Assembly (NCBI GenBank): GCA_002633005.1
Contig: NMRA01000789.1
Span: 62,001 to 126,000 of the forward strand
DNA: 64,000 nucleotides
Reading direction: 5' to 3'
DNA from: Phoronis australis
Lineage: Eukaryota > Animalia > Phoronida
Shown here: piece by piece, positions 56,901-64,000 of the stretch
Layout of the letters: the number at the start of each line of letters is the position of its first letter
How positions within the stretch are numbered: position 1 is the first letter of the stretch
Notes under the pieces: model-generated
Seen by the model: only the letters and a program-made list of their open reading frames with translations
Database searches by the model: none
What the model was told of the DNA's origin: nothing
Position numbers and translations under genes: made by a program

Positions 56901-59900
56901 AAATCCACTGGTGATATGACCAGAGCAATACCCTACCTGACTGTTCCTAATAAATACCTGGCTATCTATGCCCAGTCATGGAGTGAACTCACATCCAAAC
57001 AATGCCACAACTTTGACTGCCTGACTGATTTTCAATGGCGCCTGAGTTGTAAATATCCTCAGCTCATACAGTAGATTCCAAATTCACAGTGAGAATGTCC
57101 CACTGTCTGTCAAGAAAGGGGGTCATTTATCAACTGGTGATGAATTACTGATGACCTGTGACCCCAACAAGCAAATGTCACTATAAGCACTCATATTATC
57201 ACCAAAATAGTCAGGCTTACTTGAAAGCTATTAATATTTGTTGATATTGTGTTCTTGTCATGTATCATAAAAGGAATACATTATTGTGACCTCAATGACC
57301 AGAGTCATTTTGACAGGTATGTGAGTCATTTCAATCATAAAACACAGGTTGGAGGTGAAACTAAAACAAAGGCCTGAGGTGAAACTACCTATACCATGTC
57401 ACTGTTGAATACAGTTCAAAAGGTCACCAAGTTCAGAAATGTGAACTGAATTTTTGAAAAAAGAAATTAATCATCGCTTACATGCTAGGAAACAACTCCC
57501 AGCATTACCATATAACCAGCTCAACACAATAATCATCCAGTCGCCAGAATTTAGGATTAGTAGAAATCTTTTTCTAATCACAAAATCCAGTATCCAAACC
57601 AACACTGACCAACAGTTTGATGTCAATTACTTTTGCTTTGCAAGCACCTAATCTGAATTAACGACAAAAAAGACATTTTAAGGTTAATGTGCACAGCCCA
57701 CTCTAACAACCTAGAGACTGGGCACTGATGAAGTATTGGATTTCAATGAGTAAATCCGATCTAATAAATTTAACACGCCTCTGCTAAAATCCAGACAGTC
57801 TCCTCTACATTATGATCAATCCGAATTTCTCATTCTCCACTTTTCAAGAGCTAACAGCTAAAAATGCTTAGAATTTCACCAGGCACTGGTTGATGACAGC
57901 TGTTCAATACAAACTGTGCTAAAAATAAACTGAAACAATTCTAGTTGATCCTAGTGGCAGAATATTATTAAGGTTATGTAGATCCTCACTGTACACTCTG
58001 CTAAATAACAACAAAAGTGTAACATTTAACTCAATAAAAGCGCATATTTCCTGAAAGTAGAAAGACTGCAAAATTTGATTGGTTTCATACAAATTTGCCA
58101 TTAATGGGGAGACTTGACCATGTACTTTAACTGTAATTCAGTAAAAGCGAAAGATACATTCATACATAGCAAAACTATGGTATTAATAACAAGACCAAAC
58201 TTAATTTAATATAATTGTCCTACATTTTTTGATTACCATTTCATTTTCATTTTACACAACTCGACAGTTTGCCCACAAAAATCGTAAGACCAACAGCCCG
58301 TGTTGAAAAGTTGGAACATTTTAAAGACAATTGCTAATAACATATTGGAGAACAGCGCGTAAAGCATAATATCTGAAAGTTTCGTAGGAATCAGAACAGC
58401 CATTTATGAGATATGATGCTCTGAAGTTAATCAAATTTGAATATTTTCCTTGGGTCCTCGACACAATTCCACCTTGCATTCTTCAATACAGAAGCTTTAC
58501 TACCACACCTGTCATGACCTCTATCATCCCTTGCAATGGCCAAAGCAGTCTGATGACATGTGTGTGCATTGTTCACTAAGCATACACACTGCAGGCTTCC
58601 TTGGTATCATAATAGATAATGACCAAAGTCACAACAATATAGCCACAGTGGTGGGGAAAGGTCAGTGCACCCCTGAAGGCTTCCAACTCTGTAAGAGATG
58701 ATTACCAGGCAAAAGATGAACTGTGCTAAGCTGTTTAATCACTCAAACCACAACTAGCCACAGACATTCTTCACAAAGAGCACAAATACCAGTAAGTATT
58801 TAATTACATTAATTAAATGGGCAATAAACCCACACCTCCTGTCAAAAACTCAACTTTTGATCTAGGCCACTGACAATCAGTGAATAAGTCTCACCATATT
58901 CTCAGAAGACAGATGCCCTTGTCCATACAAAGCTTCAGCTAGGTTTGAGGGTGGGGGGATGGGTATTAGACTATATTTTTGATGAGGGGAGCAGTTGGAA
59001 ATTCGGCCTCACAGCCATTTACAGAGTGGACTCAAAATAGGACCTGTTTGTAGAGAACTTCTACAAAATCAACTTTTTGAACAGAAACGCCACCCTTTTG
59101 AAGGATTAACTCCCCTCCACAGGAATTCTTAATGCAATGTTGCCAAAAATGAGTACGTCATTTGGAACAAGTTTTTAAAATAATGATACAGATTTGTATA
59201 GAGTTTCAAACTCCCGAAGCATGCCCTACTGCAGCAAACGTCTAAAAGCAATATGGCTATCAACTGGGTGGGGATAGAATGGTTCCTGGACTGAACACTA
59301 GATGGAGTTCCTAGTTGATGGTCGGTGGCTTTAGGATGGACAGCATCACATCAAACATTGAAAATGTCAAACTTTAAGTCTTGATTTTGTCATGAACCAT
59401 CACAAATTGAACCAATACTGTCCCCACAAAATGTTCTCCAAGACCTGTTTTGATTTATCACAATTAAGATTTTTCCAGCTTATCGACTTTGAAAACTAAT
59501 GTAAACCAGCTAGAACTTTCAAGAAATTAATTATACCCCAGAGCTACCAGTCTTTCGTTTAACAGTGAAAGTTGAATTTTTAGCTGAAGCGTTATGCCAT
59601 GCTCAACCGATCTTGACTTATTGCCGAATGACCAAGCAGCTCAAGTCACAGGCAATGCGTGCAACCCCAATAAAGCAAGAAGCATATTCTTAAGTCCCAG
59701 ATGCTCTACATGTTCGTATTAGCAACAGAAATAGAACCCTATCACAGTAAGGAATATTACAAGACCCATTTTAAGAGATTAATACACCTAATTCAAATTT
59801 CGTTTTCTGCCAGCTAACATGTCCAAATGCAGCTACCGTAAGCAAATTATAACATTTTGCTTTTGGCATTAACTCAATGCTTTACTTCAAGACTGACTGC

Positions 59901-60568
59901 AACTCCCTTCAAGTTTAAATTTCCTGTTGTGGACTAGAGAACACAAATACACAAAATGAATCTGCTTTGTTACCACCCTTCTTTTCTGCTCTTCACCAGA
60001 GACACAATGTACGACTTTGCTAGCAGCATTTCTCTGGTTCAACACACAGACAGGCTTGATATCAATTCACATAAGGTTATTTTAATTAGCAAAATTAACG
60101 ACAGTCACCACATCACGGGAGTGAGATGGAAGTCTTCAGAACCAGATTCTCATAAGCTACATGACAAATTGAGATTCCTTATTTGTAGTGTTGAACTTAT
60201 GAAGCTACAGCCTTGGATCTCTGGATATTAGTGGATTCTCCCATGACAGACTTCAACATGAACGGTACCTAATCGACTGCACTCTACGGTCCTCATCTTG
60301 GGGTCCACACCTAGAGGATCCACACCTAGGGCCCTCACGCCACCTTACAACATTTGCAACATGTTAGCAAGTCCTTGAAGGTTGTGGGAACAGCTCATTA
60401 TGCTAAACCATCTCAAAATTAATAATTTTTACGCAGGACCATCTACCCTGCCTACGTTACAATTAGTGAAAAAGTAGTCACAAAAAAACTACCAGTCACT
60501 ACAGGACACCAACAAAATATTTACTGGAAGAGGAAATAAAATTTGTTCTACGTCAGCCAGGAATGCGT

Positions 60569-60600
60569 GTTGCCATGGTAATGATGCCACATGACGTCAT
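60569..60600. promoter_or_regulatory. X-box-like GTTGCCATGGTAAT next to full CRE palindrome ATGACGTCAT
   Basis: Motif match only, upstream of the first TANC coding exon. Confidence 0.3.
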
Positions 60601-63600
60601 TTGTCTGCTAGTGTAGCAGACAGTAGTGGAGGCTTTGTGGACTTGCTGACTGACAGACTGGAATGCCTGTAAAGATTGTTTATAAACAAACATGGCCGAC
60701 ATGTGTATAGTGGCCTGGATTCATTCACTGAGATCAGTTTGACATGTGCAGTTAAGCTAATATAAAAACTACAGCATATCAAATACAGCTGTGTCATGGT
60801 CAGATTTGCAATGGGTTCTGTCCTTGGCCATTTTTCGTAGTACGTGATACAAATTCCTTGTATTGCCCATTTCTTCAGTTAGTTCAAGCAAAAACAAGGA
60901 CGTTTGTAACATTTCCACTTTTGAAAGGCCGATATTCACATGACTACCACTATTTCTGAATTTCAAGGATGTTATGATTTTAAATGACCCCTTTATGTGT
61001 TCCAACTTGAAAAAAATTCAATTTTACGGCCGCTACTTCGAAGTAAGATATTACAAAGATTAAGCTTTTCATGACACCAAAATGAGCTCCATCACCACCA
61101 CAGCATCACCTTACTTCACAACTCGATTTGCAAAATTAAATCAACATTCATACACTCAGTCCACTAGCCATTGTGCGAAAAGAGGGTGTCCCAAGGTAAT
61201 AGTCATATAACGTAACAGCGCTTAATATACCTTTATCTCCACACTTTCTGAACTTCACATGGCCGCTTCCAGTGAGTAATACGAGTGGCATGTGAAGAAT
61301 GTTTATAACTAGTGTGAAACCTACCATTTTATCAATATGAAATCCAATTAAAAGATCAACCTTCTAAAAACCTTCATGAGAGGACAGAGGTCATTTCAAA
61401 TCTATTACACCAGAATAACCATATTCTGAAATAGCCCCGACAATGACAATGAAATACGCCTCGCCTCATCGGTAGGTCAGTTGATAGATCTGCATTCTTG
61501 AGTGATATTACGGTAATGCAGTAGCATTTTTTTAATGAATTGTTTATGCCAATCGTGTCAGGAAATTGCCTCTGATGTGCAGTGAAATATTCCAAATAAT
61601 TGACACAAAAGATGGTTTCGACAGTCGGTTATAGCTCTCATAACATTAAAGAGCTGTATGTAGAAGAATTCCTTCTGAGTAACAGATCTAACTTAGCAAA
61701 GACCAAAGCCATGCTAATATACCCATCTTGTTTAAAACACACAGCTGTCATAAATTGGTGTACTACAACGAACTGGAAGAAAGCTCCCATACCAAGAGAT
61801 ACCAACTACGTAACTAAACGGTTTCCTCCAGGTAAGCCATTTAACATTCCAAAATCAAACAGACCCAAGGTTGGTTTTAGCAGGTTTGTTCACTAGCCCT
61901 GCCTCTCACTACAGACATACACAAACAGTCACTGCTACTAACCAGAATGTATATTGACATGTGTATTTTAACTGGTCTACAGATATTTGAACAAACTCCT
62001 GTGCCCTGTCCTCTCACTAAAAATACTTCTCTAACCTTGTGTGCGTGAAGATGCAAAACAAGAGCGGACTCATGAGAAACACCCTTGTTTCACTAAAACA
62101 ACACAATCAACTATATAAATAATGAACAGTCAGATTTTAGAAAAAGTCTACCAGTGTGCAAAAAATAGTGGTCCATCTGTGAAAGTGTTTGTGTGTCTGT
62201 CCATCTGTCTGCCTGTCTGTCCATCTGTCTGCCTGTCTATCCATCTCACCCCCATGTATCTCACAATATACACCATATATAACTCATACCCATTGCATCT
62301 CTGCTCCTGCCTATAGGTGCTTCATACCAGCTTCAGTAGAAAACAGCATCAGTATAAACAGTGGGTAATGTTGTTGTCACCAAAGTAATGTCACCAAAGT
62401 AAAGACTAGTCCAAGCTTGTTACATAAGTTATATCCCTGATGATAAAAGTCTCGAAACATCTATCCTCTGTAAAACCCATCCCAACTTGGAGTGCAAAAT
62501 CAAGCAAAAGAATACCAATATGTTGCTGGAGTTTGACAAGTGAGAACCACTTCATATGTTAAGTATGGTGAAAATTCTTCAATTTAAGACGCTAGGTGCA
62601 AAAGTGAATTTTGATTTATTGAATTTTGCCACAAAAATAAATATTTGTTTTGTGATCAGTAGCATTTGTACTGATTATCTGTCATCAAACAACTTATGAC
62701 AACCTTTTGAGCATTCATAGGCTTGGAGTTGGACATTAAAATTTGAAAGTCAACAATTAAAAAAAAAATGTTTTTATCCCAAATGATAGAAATTTTTTCT
62801 GTATTTGCAAAATGACTGGTACTGAAAAGTGATAGGATGGCTGTGCAAAGCGTTGAACTACTGGCAGTAAACTATACCTATATACCCATCATGCACTGTT
62901 TCCACTACAATATATCAAGTCAAAAGTATGACTAGCCTTAGTGAATATGCCCCAGTCAGGATATACAAAGGCAGCAGATTGTTCTCCTCTCAATAGTGGA
63001 CATATCAAAAATCAATGTGGCTGTGCAACAGAAACATTATCGAGACAACTATGGTCCCACAATCAATTCTCACCTGGCTTTGTTCATCTTTGATAGTCAT
63101 CAAAAACCTCCATTGTAAACACACAGATTAAACAAGAGAAACAAGGCCTCTATACACACATACAGTAAATACAGGCTTATGCAATTAATTAGAAGTCCAT
63201 AAATACACAGTTGAGTGTAACTAGATAAGATATAATGACTTCATTGTCATCTGTCTTAATTTCACAATCCAAACCACTACCATTTGGTTTTAGTGACTGC
63301 GTCATTTAGGAAACAGTTTGCACGAGTAACCTTTCGAAGACAAAATTGACTTCATTGATTTTTAAATATGCCTGTCGATTTCATTGCAACTGAAAGAGCT
63401 CAGATACACGTTCTTACATCTAATCTGTGAGTGCAAAGTGACAGGGAATGTGACAGAAATTTGTGAAAGCTAATAACGAAGTTGTATTGATACCGAGTCC
63501 ATATTTTTGCATACTGACATTGGAGCTGAGCTGAATTTCTGCTTTATATATACGGTAACACTGTAAAATTATAGAGCTCATTTAAAGCATCAATGAAGAA

Positions 63601-64000
63601 ACAGTACTTTGAGATTAACTTGCTCCTAGTTTTGAAACACAAAACTGTAACTGATACAGATGGGTCAGAACTTGCTTTAGGGAGATGCTGAAAATGTCTG
63701 TATGGAACTTCAAACGGATAATTGAGAGATACCATGTTTTCTGTATTCTTCTGCAAAAGACATTTTGATATCAAAATTGGCCAGAAAAACATCATCATCC
63801 TAACACAAAATCAACTCAATTGGTACCGCTGGGTAAATTTATAAGCACACCCGAAAAAGTAATACTTTAATAAATTATATTTTTAAAATCATACTGTTGA
63901 CAATATTGCACGTCAATATGACATCAAGCAATGCATTGTGATATCATGTATGGCAATGTGATATCATGCGCAGTAATATGATGTCATTAGTGGTGACATC

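Noticed and set aside
62437-62465. CTGATGA...GAAAC hammerhead-like core
   Set aside because: No pairing for stem II and no convincing stem III or cleavage triplet.
54000-64000. Further protein-coding genes or a TANC first exon in the last 10 kb
   Set aside because: Only short low-quality ORFs and repeat fragments are present; I could not support any exon with consistent splice sites and recognisable peptide.

Overview
AT-rich, intron-rich invertebrate (probably lophotrochozoan or other bilaterian) nuclear DNA with two convergent spliced genes. On the + strand are the last seven coding exons (125-6031) of NCAPG2, condensin-II subunit CAP-G2. On the - strand is an apparently complete TANC1/2-rolling pebbles (rols) orthologue from 53937 to 8282. 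It has an N-terminal RING-like finger, a low-complexity linker built from symmetric phase-1 exons, a P-loop/NACHT-like NTPase, ankyrin repeats, TPRs and a C-terminal ETAL PDZ-type motif; my splice model gives about 1537 aa. Four ankyrin exons occur twice (12037-15709 and 16476-20812), one copy on each side of an N-gap. The block totals 757 coding nt and would frameshift if read in tandem, so it is most likely two haplotypes assembled end to end. The two copies expose allele-specific insertions: a 197-bp Penelope-like fragment with a minimal hammerhead ribozyme whose flanking direct repeat duplicates a splice donor, and a 567-bp PIF/Harbinger-like MITE. The other notable feature is a 54-bp minisatellite that has quadruplicated a 3' splice site of NCAPG2 in frame. 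The introns also hold many minisatellites, MITEs and tRNA-derived elements. I see no CRISPR array, operon or clearly new multi-gene system; the best leads are these splice-site/repeat interactions. All homology calls are from remembered family features, not database searches.
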